A stretch of DNA of 64,000 bases from sequence record OR805294.1; one strand, written 5' to 3'. Position numbers and translations under genes: made by a program. Below the pieces are notes generated by a model. The model worked only from the letters and a program-made list of their open reading frames with translations, did not search any database and was not told where the DNA came from. Every line of letters starts with the position of its first letter. Position 1 is the stretch's first letter. Of the stretch, positions 28,522 through 38,672 are shown one piece after another.

Positions 28522-29110
28522 CTGAAATTCCTAATAGCATTAAGCTAAAATCATTTAAGCAGTATTCTAGTTTATCTCTTATTTTATTTAATTCTTTTAT
28601 ATTTTTATTAAAATATTTGTAATCTTTATTATATTTTGATTTAAAAACACATATTTTATTTAAATCGCAGTTTATATCTGAAATTACAGATAATAAAAAA
28701 TATTCTGTATAGAATGTGGATATAATCCACGATGTTTTTAGAGTAACTAAATCAGACAACAATGCTGCCTGTAACTCTTGATGTATACTATAAACGGGAT
28801 TTATATTCTTTTTATAATTAGCAAGTATGGCAGGGTATTTATATTTAGATGTTTCTGTTTCTAGCGTGTTATATAATGTACATAATTCTGAATCGAATTT
28901 TATAGTTTCGTTATAATAATTTAACGCAATTTTAGTTGCTATATCTAATTCTAATTTTTTATATAATTCTTTTGTGCAAAGATTTTTTATATTAGAATTA
29001 ATACCTTTATTATTATATAATTCTTTGTTTATTATACCGGTTTTATTATATATGTTTAAATATTTTTTATATTTAAATTCAATTAAATTAGTTACTTCAT
29101 TGTGTACCAT
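28502..29110 (-). CDS. Hypothetical protein (K/N/Y-rich)
   Basis: 202-aa ORF abutting the NUDIX gene in the neck operon. Confidence 0.6.
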   Translation of the reverse strand: MVHNEVTNLIEFKYKKYLNIYNKTGIINKELYNNKGINSNIKNLCTKELYKKLELDIATKIALNYYNETIKFDSELCTLYNTLETETSKYKYPAILANYKKNINPVYSIHQELQAALLSDLVTLKTSWIISTFYTEYFLLSVISDINCDLNKICVFKSKYNKDYKYFNKNIKELNKIRDKLEYCLNDFSLMLLGISEKRDLG

Positions 29111-29112
29111 TT

Positions 29113-29604
29113 TTATACTTCTTTATGGTTTGACAATATTAATTTAAGTTTATCGATACTTTTAGCAGATTTAAAACTTTGCTTTGCACCATAGTGCATA
29201 GGATTCGGCCAAGTACCCAATGAAACCCAAGCATATCCTGACGATTCCGAATTAAGTATAGGAATGAATTCGTCTTCTACAACACAAACAAAACTGTAAT
29301 ATCTAAAATTTTTATCTTTACTTTCGTAAATATCAAACGGATAAATTTTATCTATATTGGGTACAAAACCCATTTCTTCTTGAAGTTCTCTTAGAAGTCC
29401 ATCCTTCGGTAATTCGTTATTTTCTAACATACCTCCCCATAAACTCCATGTAAGACTATATGTCTTGTGCTCTGCACGCAAATTATATAGAATTCTATTA
29501 GTTTTGCATGAAATAAAAAGAGTCCCCACAGCTATCTTTTTAGCTAATTGAGCAGATGTTATCGACGCGCCAATATCCTGCTTTATAATCCCCTGCGTAT
29601 CCAT
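29113..29604 (-). CDS. NUDIX hydrolase (start uncertain)
   Basis: Nudix box WGGMLENNELPKDGLLRELQEEMG; the nearest ATG (29604) overlaps the gp15 3' end. Confidence 0.8.
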   Translation of the reverse strand: MDTQGIIKQDIGASITSAQLAKKIAVGTLFISCKTNRILYNLRAEHKTYSLTWSLWGGMLENNELPKDGLLRELQEEMGFVPNIDKIYPFDIYESKDKNFRYYSFVCVVEDEFIPILNSESSGYAWVSLGTWPNPMHYGAKQSFKSAKSIDKLKLILSNHKEV

Positions 29605-30910
29605 ATTGCCATTCTCTATCTTTAAATTTGTATAATTCTTTATCGTATAAATTTCTAACATACACAGGACTATTATTTGTTACTCTTGCATTAAATGTAA
29701 CTATCCATTGTGTTCCTGTATATTCTATTATATCAGAATCGTATGCAACAAAACTATTACCCCATGGGTATGAATTTTTTATTGCAGGTTCTTCTCCTTT
29801 AGTTAACGAATTTAGTACCATGTATCTTTGGCCTATTTGTGCTTCTGGTAATTTATTTCCAGGAAACATTTTAGATGGATCTATAATTCTATTTATAGGC
29901 GGAATAGTAGCAGAAGGCAAAGTTTCGTCTATTGGGGTAAATGTAGTTGTATTTGTAGACGAAGGTTCTATATATCCTATTATTTCTATATCGGGATTAT
30001 CTATATTTCCCTGAATGAGTTTAACTGTAGTAACATTTTGTTCAACTGAACCGTATATATTAAGTAATTTGTCCCACGAATCGGATGATACATCTCCGTA
30101 TGTATTAAGTAATGTTAGTTTGTTATCAATTACTCTTAGACCATAGTTTCCGGGTGTCACACATAACTGTTCTTTAACTGTACCGGGAGTTACATTAAAG
30201 AAATCGGTCGTACTTTTTATATCAGAAAAACTATCTGTATAAATGTTACTTATGATTGTATTGATTATCTTTTGTTTTTTAACTTTAGCTGGTGGATTTA
30301 TATATACAATCATTTGAAATATAAGAGACGATATATCGTAGTCAGTAGATGTCCCCACAGGTATAGTCCTGTTAGACCATTGTGTTTCTTTTAATTCTAA
30401 TTCAAATATTCTAGACCAATCTAAGGGGTTTTGATTTTGTTCTAGCTGTATACTAGGGTTAAATAATACTAATATTTGTTCTAAAATTTGTAATTTATTA
30501 TCTGTATTAGAAGTCAATATATCTAATCGTGTTGTTAGTTTATAAGGCACAGGCATATATGCTTCAACTGTGTATCTATTTCCGGGTTTGTTAATATAAC
30601 TACCATTTGCATCTGTAGCTAATTCCGTAACATTAGATACTTTTACCCCTTGTGTATCAACCCGATAATCTGGTGCCAAATCTAAACCAGTGATATAACC
30701 TGCCATAATAGGCACAGGTATTACTGTATTTTGATTATTTCCGTTAATAATAGATGCAACTTGTCTAGACATATCTCCGTATATAACTGGGACTCTTTTT
30801 TGAATAGATACGCCGTTATCGTCAGGTGCAGTTCTTATGTTTATATCTGAAAAAACTCGTAGAAACTGTAAAAGATATCGTCTTAACTGCTCGTCGTAAA
30901 AATAGTTCAT
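29540..30910 (-). CDS. gp15: Tail terminator/sheath stabiliser, gp15-like, with C-terminal extension
   Basis: YFYDEQLRRYLLQF, RVPVIYGD, YMPVPYKL...KLQILEQILVLFNPS. Confidence 0.85.
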   Translation of the reverse strand: MNYFYDEQLRRYLLQFLRVFSDINIRTAPDDNGVSIQKRVPVIYGDMSRQVASIINGNNQNTVIPVPIMAGYITGLDLAPDYRVDTQGVKVSNVTELATDANGSYINKPGNRYTVEAYMPVPYKLTTRLDILTSNTDNKLQILEQILVLFNPSIQLEQNQNPLDWSRIFELELKETQWSNRTIPVGTSTDYDISSLIFQMIVYINPPAKVKKQKIINTIISNIYTDSFSDIKSTTDFFNVTPGTVKEQLCVTPGNYGLRVIDNKLTLLNTYGDVSSDSWDKLLNIYGSVEQNVTTVKLIQGNIDNPDIEIIGYIEPSSTNTTTFTPIDETLPSATIPPINRIIDPSKMFPGNKLPEAQIGQRYMVLNSLTKGEEPAIKNSYPWGNSFVAYDSDIIEYTGTQWIVTFNARVTNNSPVYVRNLYDKELYKFKDREWQYGYAGDYKAGYWRVDNICSIS

Positions 30911-32001
30911 TATTTTTTACCGTATATTTCGTTGAGTTTATCTTCGTTTAGATTTACTCTGGCTTTTACTGCTTTAGATAGTGCTTGTTTTTCTGGTGCT
31001 GTAGTACAATCATTATTTGTAACAATGTTTGTGTTATCAATGAATGTATCTAATAGCATATTTACAGGAGTCCATTTTCTCCTAGCATCATCTTCTATTT
31101 TTATATAGCGATTTCCTACTTTTCTAAATAATCTGTCTGGCTTGAAGTCTGTTCTTAAAAAGAATTCTCCCTCTTGCATATCATCTGGAAATTCTGTACC
31201 AGACCCTTTTAGTTTGTATGCATTTGGCGGCACACCAGTTCCAGTCCATAGTAATAATTCGAACGAACCGTTTTCTTTTTCTGCCATCCAGAGATGTGCA
31301 GCATCTGACCATGTAGGATCGAACATAACATTTTTTCTTGCTTCTTCTATTATACCTTCTGTTATGTCCTGATATTTGTCGTCGTTTGTTATAGGGCATT
31401 TATTATCATCATAACATCCGGCAGGACCTATTTCTTCTCCGTTGGGACCTATTGCTGTTCCGTCGGTTCCTATAATATCTTCGTATTCTTGACCGCCTTT
31501 TAGTTGTTGAGCTTTTACTCTCCATAAATGAGACCACCAGCCCGGACCATATCCTTCTGCAGAATGAGTAGCATCTTGAATTACATAATATCTATTTAAT
31601 ATAGGATCGTTAATATCTAGTGTATCGGGATCTCTTAAATGCGGTAATTCTAATACATCACCGGACATTAATTTTCTACCTATTTGATTTAGCATAGAAT
31701 TATAATGAAATGTTATGAAAATGGTATCGTTTGTTAAAAATATACCGAACTGTGATAAATCGAATTCAGAATTTTGCGGCTGATAACACCCCCTTAAGTC
31801 AAACAAACTACTATCATATTTTCTATTTCTATTTTCTAAAAATAAAATATCTTCTATTGTAGTTTCGTCGCCTTTACCTGTCCCTACATATTTGTGAACT
31901 ATAATTCCAGTACCGCCCATTTCGACAAAATCTTTTACAGTTCTGTCTACGAAACTATAGTCTTTTCCTTTGTTAGGATTCCAAAGTGATAACCGTGCCA
32001 T
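30910..32001 (-). CDS. gp14: Neck/head-closure protein, gp14-like
   Basis: IEDILFLENRNRKYD, FDLSQFGIFL, GRKLMSGDVLELPHL. Confidence 0.8.
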   Translation of the reverse strand: MARLSLWNPNKGKDYSFVDRTVKDFVEMGGTGIIVHKYVGTGKGDETTIEDILFLENRNRKYDSSLFDLRGCYQPQNSEFDLSQFGIFLTNDTIFITFHYNSMLNQIGRKLMSGDVLELPHLRDPDTLDINDPILNRYYVIQDATHSAEGYGPGWWSHLWRVKAQQLKGGQEYEDIIGTDGTAIGPNGEEIGPAGCYDDNKCPITNDDKYQDITEGIIEEARKNVMFDPTWSDAAHLWMAEKENGSFELLLWTGTGVPPNAYKLKGSGTEFPDDMQEGEFFLRTDFKPDRLFRKVGNRYIKIEDDARRKWTPVNMLLDTFIDNTNIVTNNDCTTAPEKQALSKAVKARVNLNEDKLNEIYGKK

Positions 32002-32020
32002 ATAAACTCCTAGTTATAGG

Positions 32021-32028
32021 TATTTATC
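32021..32028 (-). promoter_or_regulatory. Putative late promoter GATAAATA (neck operon)
   Basis: Octamer upstream of the AGGAG SD and ATG 32001. Confidence 0.65.
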
Positions 32029-32055
32029 TGATAAAATAAACAAAAATATCTCAAT

Positions 32056-32082
32056 AAAAAAGCAACCTTAGGTTGCTTTTTT
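32056..32082. terminator. Terminator after fibre operon
   Basis: AAAAAAGCAACCT-t-AGGTTGCTTTTTT. Confidence 0.8.
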
Positions 32083-32565
32083 TTCTCTTTGCTTTTTTCT
32101 TAAATCGTTGTATTTTTTTTCATAATTAACCGATAGTTCGGGGAATTCTATTTTTAATAAATCTTGTGCTTTTTTTATTTTAGAAAAATCTATTTTTTCT
32201 GGTAAGTCTCGTAAAATATCTTTATCTTTTTCTATAATAGATAATATATCGGGGTTAGTTATGTACTTAACTGCTTCTCTGTCGAGGGAAGCCAAAACCA
32301 TATTTCTTTCAGTTCTTATATTTTTTAATGTTTTATTTGCAGCAGAATCTAAATCTATTACTACTTTAGTTGGATTTTGTATTTTATCAAATTTTAATGA
32401 ATCGAAAAATTGTTGTTCTAAAGTGTCGGGAAGTTTATCGTATATAACATATTGGGTATTTTCGTTAAATATACCTAGCGTATATAATTCTTCTGTAGAT
32501 TTGTCTGTTATTAATTTAGCAACCCTTGTTTCGTCGATAGGGTTTGTATAAAAGATGGTTTTCAT
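32068..32565 (-). CDS. Probable tail-fibre assembly chaperone
   Basis: Last gene of the fibre operon; IRTERNMVLASLD...KDILRDLP resembles Tfa/DUF4376-type chaperones. Confidence 0.55.
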   Translation of the reverse strand: MKTIFYTNPIDETRVAKLITDKSTEELYTLGIFNENTQYVIYDKLPDTLEQQFFDSLKFDKIQNPTKVVIDLDSAANKTLKNIRTERNMVLASLDREAVKYITNPDILSIIEKDKDILRDLPEKIDFSKIKKAQDLLKIEFPELSVNYEKKYNDLRKKQREKKAT

Positions 32566-32578
32566 GTGTATCTATCCT

Positions 32579-34114
32579 TTAGTAGTATATTACAAGTGAG
32601 AAGAACGGTGCATCGAAATAATCTTCGCCGAATCTGTTAGTCCAACCCGATGGATTGTAATTTATTATGTGATCTGCTTTTGTTATTTTACAGTTAACAT
32701 CAAAATATGTGGTAGTTTTTGTTGTTACCCATTGTTCAGTTATATTTAGTTGATTATTCCATACCATTGCATCAGCGTTTCCTAATACAACTACATAATT
32801 TGTATCTGGCGCAGGCACAGATAGATATACTCTATAGCGACCCGATGCTAATTTACTAACTGTTAAATTCCAGGAATCTAGTCTACTGCCAGTAGGACCG
32901 GACCAAGATATCCATCCTTTTGATTTTTTTATTAAAGTGTTATATCCGGCCCATTCATTTAATGCTTGCGCCGGAGTAAATCTCATAGTATTGTTTGAAT
33001 TACTTCTTACAAAACCTATTTTGCTATTTCTAGTAAATTGATCACTAGTATTGTTGCCCGTAGATCTTAACAATCTACCAGTGATGGCACCCGAGGAATC
33101 TCGCTCTACTACAGTGCCCGGAGTAGCAAGTGTAGAGTTTATTCTACCGTCTAATGCAGCAGAATCTGATGCTTTACCGTTAACAGGAAGAGCCCCTATT
33201 TGTGCAGGCGTCGGTCTATATCCCAAATGAAATACTTGATTATTGCCAATGTATAGTTGATTTGGAGATAATCTATATTGTAATGCCAGAACAGGAGCTG
33301 TATTAAGTGAGCCTCTATTATACAGTTTAATAAAAACAGATGACGTACTAAGAGTAGTATTATTTAATTCTAATATAGTAGCTGATGAATTGTTAGTAGC
33401 TATTGTATTATTAATAGATAGACCGTTAGAAATACCCCTAGATTCTAAGTATGATTTTCCTGATCTAAACGACATTAATCCGTCAGATGGTGTTACATTA
33501 ATGGCTGCATTTGCTACAGGAGCAGCAACCTTCATAAATTTTGCAGCAGGTATTCCGTTTAAATTATTCGAGTTTGCTGCTTTATCTGTTTTCTTTAGAA
33601 ATAAAGCATCTGCTTCTGCTTTAGTGTAAGTAACATCCTTACCGAAAACACCTAAATTTGTTCTAGCAGAACTTGCGTTTAATACGTCTGCAAAATTTTT
33701 AGATTTATCGAATATAGGGTAATTTTCTAATTTATCTAGTTTTACTGAATATTTGTCTACTAAGTGAGGGTTATTATAGTTAGTAATATGAGCCCATACT
33801 GCATCTTCTTCGAATTTAGTAATAGGAACCCAGTTATTTATATTTGTACTATCTAATCCATTTGGTCCAGGGAATATGTACATTTGCCTTGTATTTTCTT
33901 TCCACCATAACTGCCCTGTTACGGCAGATACCGGCGGAAGATGATATGAGAAATTATTTAGTATATTAATTAAATTCTCACCAACATCTTGTACATATGA
34001 TTTTACATAAGTTCCTGTGAATACTAATGAAGTTTCTGTATTTTTTTTTAAATCTTTGACTAAATATCCGCCGTCGATTAATCTATATCGATAATGTTTT
34101 ACTCTGTAATTCAT
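32579..34114 (-). CDS. Tail fibre/spike paralog 3
   Basis: NNFSYHLPP...GQLWW anchor, NPHLV, ARTNLGV, KGWISW...NLTVSKLASGRYRV tip. Confidence 0.75.
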   Translation of the reverse strand: MNYRVKHYRYRLIDGGYLVKDLKKNTETSLVFTGTYVKSYVQDVGENLINILNNFSYHLPPVSAVTGQLWWKENTRQMYIFPGPNGLDSTNINNWVPITKFEEDAVWAHITNYNNPHLVDKYSVKLDKLENYPIFDKSKNFADVLNASSARTNLGVFGKDVTYTKAEADALFLKKTDKAANSNNLNGIPAAKFMKVAAPVANAAINVTPSDGLMSFRSGKSYLESRGISNGLSINNTIATNNSSATILELNNTTLSTSSVFIKLYNRGSLNTAPVLALQYRLSPNQLYIGNNQVFHLGYRPTPAQIGALPVNGKASDSAALDGRINSTLATPGTVVERDSSGAITGRLLRSTGNNTSDQFTRNSKIGFVRSNSNNTMRFTPAQALNEWAGYNTLIKKSKGWISWSGPTGSRLDSWNLTVSKLASGRYRVYLSVPAPDTNYVVVLGNADAMVWNNQLNITEQWVTTKTTTYFDVNCKITKADHIINYNPSGWTNRFGEDYFDAPFFSLVIYY

Positions 34115-34115
34115 A

Positions 34116-35714
34116 TTAGAAGAACCATGTAAATGTTATGTTGTTAGCGTCTGCATATACATTAGTAAACGAATCTAAAGAATAGTTATTATAATTAATA
34201 TTGTATGTTCTGAAGAATTCTAAATCTGTATAAGTAGTGCTTCTTAAATATACCAATGATGAATTGTAGCTAAGTCTCCCAGTGCCAGCAGCCATACCAG
34301 TAGATATTTGACCGTCACTAGTAACTCCTACAAACGGAACAACAGAACCCACAGCAGGCGTAGAAAATGAATTGTAATATATTCTATATTTCCCTGTACC
34401 TAGTTTAGTTAGTGTACAGTTATGTGACTTATAAGTAGAACCTGTTATTCCGTTAAATTGTATCCAAGCTTTAACTACACCTTTCGGTTCGTTAGCCCTA
34501 AACCACGACTGGAATGAAGAGACATTTGCTCGTCTAACATAGTTATCGCTTGTATTTGAATTTCTAAATAGAATTAAATTTCCTGTTTCTATATTTTCGT
34601 CTGGATTAGAAACTTGAATGTGTCTAGCATGTACATCTCCTGCACCATCTCTTAATACAACTGCATTGTCGTTTGGACTGCTAGATTGATAAATGCCATT
34701 TAATAATAGTGTATTAACAGCCTTTCCATTTAGTGGAAGTGAACCGACAGCAGCGTTAGACGGTATTCTTCCTGTATGATACATTTCACTAGGGTTAGTA
34801 TCGTAGTCTATTATTAAATTAGTTTTTGTAAATCTATATGATTTTACTGGTTGTGCTGTTTGATTGTTTGCAGTAGCACGATTAAATAAAACCATAGTAA
34901 CTATAGGATCACTATTATCGTTAATAAACGATAACATAGCACCAGTATCGTTTGCAGATGCAATTCTTCCGTCTGACCTTATTCCAGACAACAAATCTAT
35001 ATTTCCTGCACCTGTGTTAACTACTATAGAACCTTTAGAGTTATTATACGTTAACGCAGTATTAGTGATTATACTGGTTGTATCAAATGTTCTATAAACA
35101 ACAGGGTTGTCTACAAGGACAAAATCAGCACTAGTTAAGCCATCTAATCTGTCAGTATTATTTACTGTACCACCTTTTGTCATAAAAAGATTGTTTACAG
35201 TAGTTTTATTGTAAGTTTCTGAAGTCCCGTATACTTCTAAATTAGATCGGCATATAGATGCATCTAATACATCTGCAAGATTTAATGTTTTATTAAATGT
35301 GTAAACATTAGGAACATTTCCCAATCCCACTTGTTCTTTTGTTGTCTCGTGGGGATCGTTAATACCTGTTCTTGATTCGTGATCTGTTAGCTCATTTAAA
35401 ATAGTAGATCCTAGATTTTTCCAATCGGAAGAAACAGACGTAGGTTTATCATTACTTATGTAAACTTTAACACTTTTTTCATCTGGATTAAACCATAATT
35501 GACCTTCTATCGGATTTAACGGAGCAATAGTATGACTAAAATTTTCCATCTTCCATAGCATATTTTGGAAGAACTGACTTTTGTAAGATTCATTATACGA
35601 TCCTATTAGTCCAATAGAAGAGTACGTATTGTCTATTTGTATATCGTTAACGGTTTTATTTGGTTTAGAAGAGCCGCCGTTGACAGATGAATAACGTTTA
35701 ATAGTGTAAGGCAT
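34116..35714 (-). CDS. Tail fibre/spike paralog 2
   Basis: ENFSHTIAPLNPIEGQLWF, NDPHETTKEQVGLGNV, KAWIQF...NCTLTKLGTGKYRI. Confidence 0.75.
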   Translation of the reverse strand: MPYTIKRYSSVNGGSSKPNKTVNDIQIDNTYSSIGLIGSYNESYKSQFFQNMLWKMENFSHTIAPLNPIEGQLWFNPDEKSVKVYISNDKPTSVSSDWKNLGSTILNELTDHESRTGINDPHETTKEQVGLGNVPNVYTFNKTLNLADVLDASICRSNLEVYGTSETYNKTTVNNLFMTKGGTVNNTDRLDGLTSADFVLVDNPVVYRTFDTTSIITNTALTYNNSKGSIVVNTGAGNIDLLSGIRSDGRIASANDTGAMLSFINDNSDPIVTMVLFNRATANNQTAQPVKSYRFTKTNLIIDYDTNPSEMYHTGRIPSNAAVGSLPLNGKAVNTLLLNGIYQSSSPNDNAVVLRDGAGDVHARHIQVSNPDENIETGNLILFRNSNTSDNYVRRANVSSFQSWFRANEPKGVVKAWIQFNGITGSTYKSHNCTLTKLGTGKYRIYYNSFSTPAVGSVVPFVGVTSDGQISTGMAAGTGRLSYNSSLVYLRSTTYTDLEFFRTYNINYNNYSLDSFTNVYADANNITFTWFF

Positions 35715-38089
35715 TATAGATTTACCCAGGATGAAAAATATACTTGTAATGATGCTAATCCCGGATCGTCATATTCCCTCGAATAATCTTGATAACCGGT
35801 TCCGTCGTTGTTATTAAAATTACTGTTTAATGTACTAGCAACGTCAAAGTATGATAATGTTTTGTTATAGCAATATATAGACACTGCTCTAAATGCTTTA
35901 GAATAGTTAACAACATCTCCCTCTATGGCACCTACGTGCCCCTCTGACATACATTGTGTCATAACAACATAATTTGTATTTGTTGGACGCAAAGTAGTAA
36001 AATAGAATCTATATAATCCTGTTCCTAATTTTGTTATAGATAAGTTTAAAGTGTTTATTACAAAGAAGGAACCGCCCGTAAGGTTTGTGTCTGAGAATGA
36101 TGCCAGACCTTTTGGCATATCTATTTCTACTTTCCAGTCATATCCTAAATAAGTTACTAATTGGTCCCTGCTAGCAAAACGAACATAATTGTCATTAGTA
36201 TTATTGTTTCTAAATGTTACTTGGGCATTTACTGACATAGGGTCTGCATTAGTGTATGTCATACTAAATGAAGATGCAGACAGATACCCGCCGTTTGCAT
36301 CAGGAAGATTAGAAGGCGTATATCTTACTGCTATTGTGTTGGCACCCGGACTAGTTGAATTTATTTTACCGTTAAGTAAATATGAATCTACGGCAGTACC
36401 GTTCCACGCTAATGCTCCTACTTCGGCAGCAGTCGGCGGCCGTCTGTCGTGGAATGCTAAATTACCAGAACCTATATATAGATTGTCTGCTTTAAATGAT
36501 ATGATACTATTTGCTACTAATGGCGTATTTATTGCACCAGTATCATAGAAGACAAACTGTATTCCGTTATCTAATGTATTGTTAGTAACCATATTCATAC
36601 TAACAGCAGTAGTATTATTTTGAGAATGAATATCTGTAACAGTACCGCCTAGTATTAGACTAGTTCCATAATTAGGTTTATATGCTAATCTGAAACTATT
36701 ATCATTCATTACTATTACATCTCCTGATGTAACAGATGAAGTTATAGACGAAGTAACAAACGGTGTTTGTTTTTTAACGTAAGCTGTGCTATCTAACCCG
36801 CCTAGTAATTCTGAATCCGGAGAAGAACTATTTGATTTATCTACGAATAGATTATTATATTCTTGGGAATTGTATGTTTCGTTTTTACCATATATAGATA
36901 AATTATTTCTAGCGGCTGCCTTATTTAAAACATCTGCTAGGTTCAGTGTTTTATCGAATGTATTTACGTTATCTACTAACCCTAGACCTATTTGTTCTTT
37001 TGTAACTTGATGAGGGTCGTTTTTATCATTAATGTGAGCACTAAGTAAATCTAATGTGCCTTGAGTTAATGGATGCCATTTTGCTAAATTTGTAAATTCA
37101 CCGGGTTCTCCTACATATACATAAAATGATCCTTGTGTCCCGGGTCCCTCTGTTTTATACCATAGTTGTCCTTTTATAGCATTTTGGGGAGGAGAAGAAC
37201 TAGCAAAGTTTTCTACCATCCATATCATGGATTCACTAAATGCCTTTTCGTAACCTGCCGAATTATATCCTGGCATAGATATAGAAAGTAAGTTAGAAGA
37301 AATATAGTTATCAGGTACATTTAATCCTGGAATCTTGTTATAGCACTTTGCAGAAAAAGATAATACCTCGAAAGTACATAAATCCTGATTACCTGATACA
37401 AATCCAAATAATGCAGATGTTTTAAAATCGGTTAGTGTATCATCGTTTAGATCTATAGTAAATACTGAGTTATCTAATATTATGTTAGAATTCCAGTCGG
37501 AACACTTAGCTGTTATTTTATTATTTTCTCTAATTACATTAATAATTGTATATCTATTTGACCAACCAAGATATCCTGTAGATGATGTAGAAGTAGCCCC
37601 AGCAGGACTGTTAATTCCTATTGTTTTACTAGAAAGAATTGTTCTAGTTTTATTGTTATCTAAAATTAGTTCCCAATTCCTTTCAGACCCGCTGCTTGAT
37701 GTATTACCTAATGACCGGACAGCAGATATATATTTTCCTTTTTGTCCAGCAACACACAAACCTAACCTGTTATTTCTTATAGAACTACTAGATATTTTTA
37801 TTGTAATATTAAAATCACTAACTTGATCCATGTATAACGCATAGCTATATAACGATGCTGCATTAGTTGATATAGGATCGGGAGTTCTTGTGTAAGAAAG
37901 AATAGAAGTAGCTGACCATCCCGCAGTGATGCCGCCCATTGCTTTTCCTTCCCATGCATCATACAAGTTAACTGATGTAGCTTTTGACCAATCAGAAACA
38001 ACTTCTTGGTAACTAGGAAAAGAAGTTAGTTCTCTATTTTGGTAATAATTATTTGATAAACGTAATTCGTAACCCATGACAATGCTCAA
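35714..38089 (-). CDS. Tail fibre/spike paralog 1 with extra ~270-aa N-terminal domain
   Basis: ENFASSSPPQNAIKGQLWY, NDPHQVTKEQIGLGLV, NLSITKLGTGLYRF. Confidence 0.75.
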   Translation of the reverse strand: MSIVMGYELRLSNNYYQNRELTSFPSYQEVVSDWSKATSVNLYDAWEGKAMGGITAGWSATSILSYTRTPDPISTNAASLYSYALYMDQVSDFNITIKISSSSIRNNRLGLCVAGQKGKYISAVRSLGNTSSSGSERNWELILDNNKTRTILSSKTIGINSPAGATSTSSTGYLGWSNRYTIINVIRENNKITAKCSDWNSNIILDNSVFTIDLNDDTLTDFKTSALFGFVSGNQDLCTFEVLSFSAKCYNKIPGLNVPDNYISSNLLSISMPGYNSAGYEKAFSESMIWMVENFASSSPPQNAIKGQLWYKTEGPGTQGSFYVYVGEPGEFTNLAKWHPLTQGTLDLLSAHINDKNDPHQVTKEQIGLGLVDNVNTFDKTLNLADVLNKAAARNNLSIYGKNETYNSQEYNNLFVDKSNSSSPDSELLGGLDSTAYVKKQTPFVTSSITSSVTSGDVIVMNDNSFRLAYKPNYGTSLILGGTVTDIHSQNNTTAVSMNMVTNNTLDNGIQFVFYDTGAINTPLVANSIISFKADNLYIGSGNLAFHDRRPPTAAEVGALAWNGTAVDSYLLNGKINSTSPGANTIAVRYTPSNLPDANGGYLSASSFSMTYTNADPMSVNAQVTFRNNNTNDNYVRFASRDQLVTYLGYDWKVEIDMPKGLASFSDTNLTGGSFFVINTLNLSITKLGTGLYRFYFTTLRPTNTNYVVMTQCMSEGHVGAIEGDVVNYSKAFRAVSIYCYNKTLSYFDVASTLNSNFNNNDGTGYQDYSREYDDPGLASLQVYFSSWVNL

Positions 38090-38101
38090 TATTCTTTATG
38101 A

Positions 38102-38109
38102 TATTTATC
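38102..38109 (-). promoter_or_regulatory. Putative late promoter GATAAATA (fibre operon)
   Basis: Octamer just upstream of the first fibre gene. Confidence 0.6.
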
Positions 38110-38172
38110 ATAGTAATTTTAGGTAAATTTATGAAATTATATTTATTTTCTTTTATAAAACATAAAATATAG

Positions 38173-38201
38173 TTGTTTAATTTAACTGGGTGTAATATAA
38201 T
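38173..38201 (+). promoter_or_regulatory. Sigma70-type promoter ahead of a structured non-coding segment
   Basis: TTGTTT-17 bp-TATAAT. Confidence 0.55.
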
Positions 38202-38206
38202 TTGTA

Positions 38207-38475
38207 GTGTATGCAATACATTTGCATATATACCAAGCACTGTATGGTGAGTTGCATACAGCGATGGGCAATCGTAGTGCCGACATTGATCTAGTATGAT
38301 CTGAAATAGGTCCCTTACGCCGAGGTAAGGCTATCTGGCACGGATAGTAGTGGATGTGTATGTTCGAAATAACGATATCATATTTTAGACATACGCCGCC
38401 GTCAGCATTTTTAGTTTGCAACTGCTGATATCTTTGAGTTTTGTTGATGGCCGGGGGTGGTGCCCAGTGCATTTT
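38207..38475 (+). ncRNA. Candidate ~270-nt structured RNA with possible pseudoknot
   Basis: GC-rich island in AT-rich intergenic DNA with at least 7 hairpins/helices and complementary 5'/3' segments (see findings). Confidence 0.5.
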
Positions 38476-38672
38476 TATTGTAGAGTTAATGTGTAAAAGA
38501 AATAAACGTGCTTAAAGACGAGGTTCTTTTCTAAAACTGTTTCTAAAAATAATTGCGTTAAAACCTTGGGTTTAATTAATGTATTATATATGCTATATAA
38601 TTAGCCCTACATAAACATGTATGTTTAACTTGTTTAGTTAACAATAAAATATGCAAATTAAGGAATTAACTG

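Noticed and set aside
38182-38472. 96-aa minus-strand ORF over the GC-rich island
   Set aside because: Atypical composition, no SD, and the GC content is better explained by + strand RNA structure; it remains the main alternative to test.
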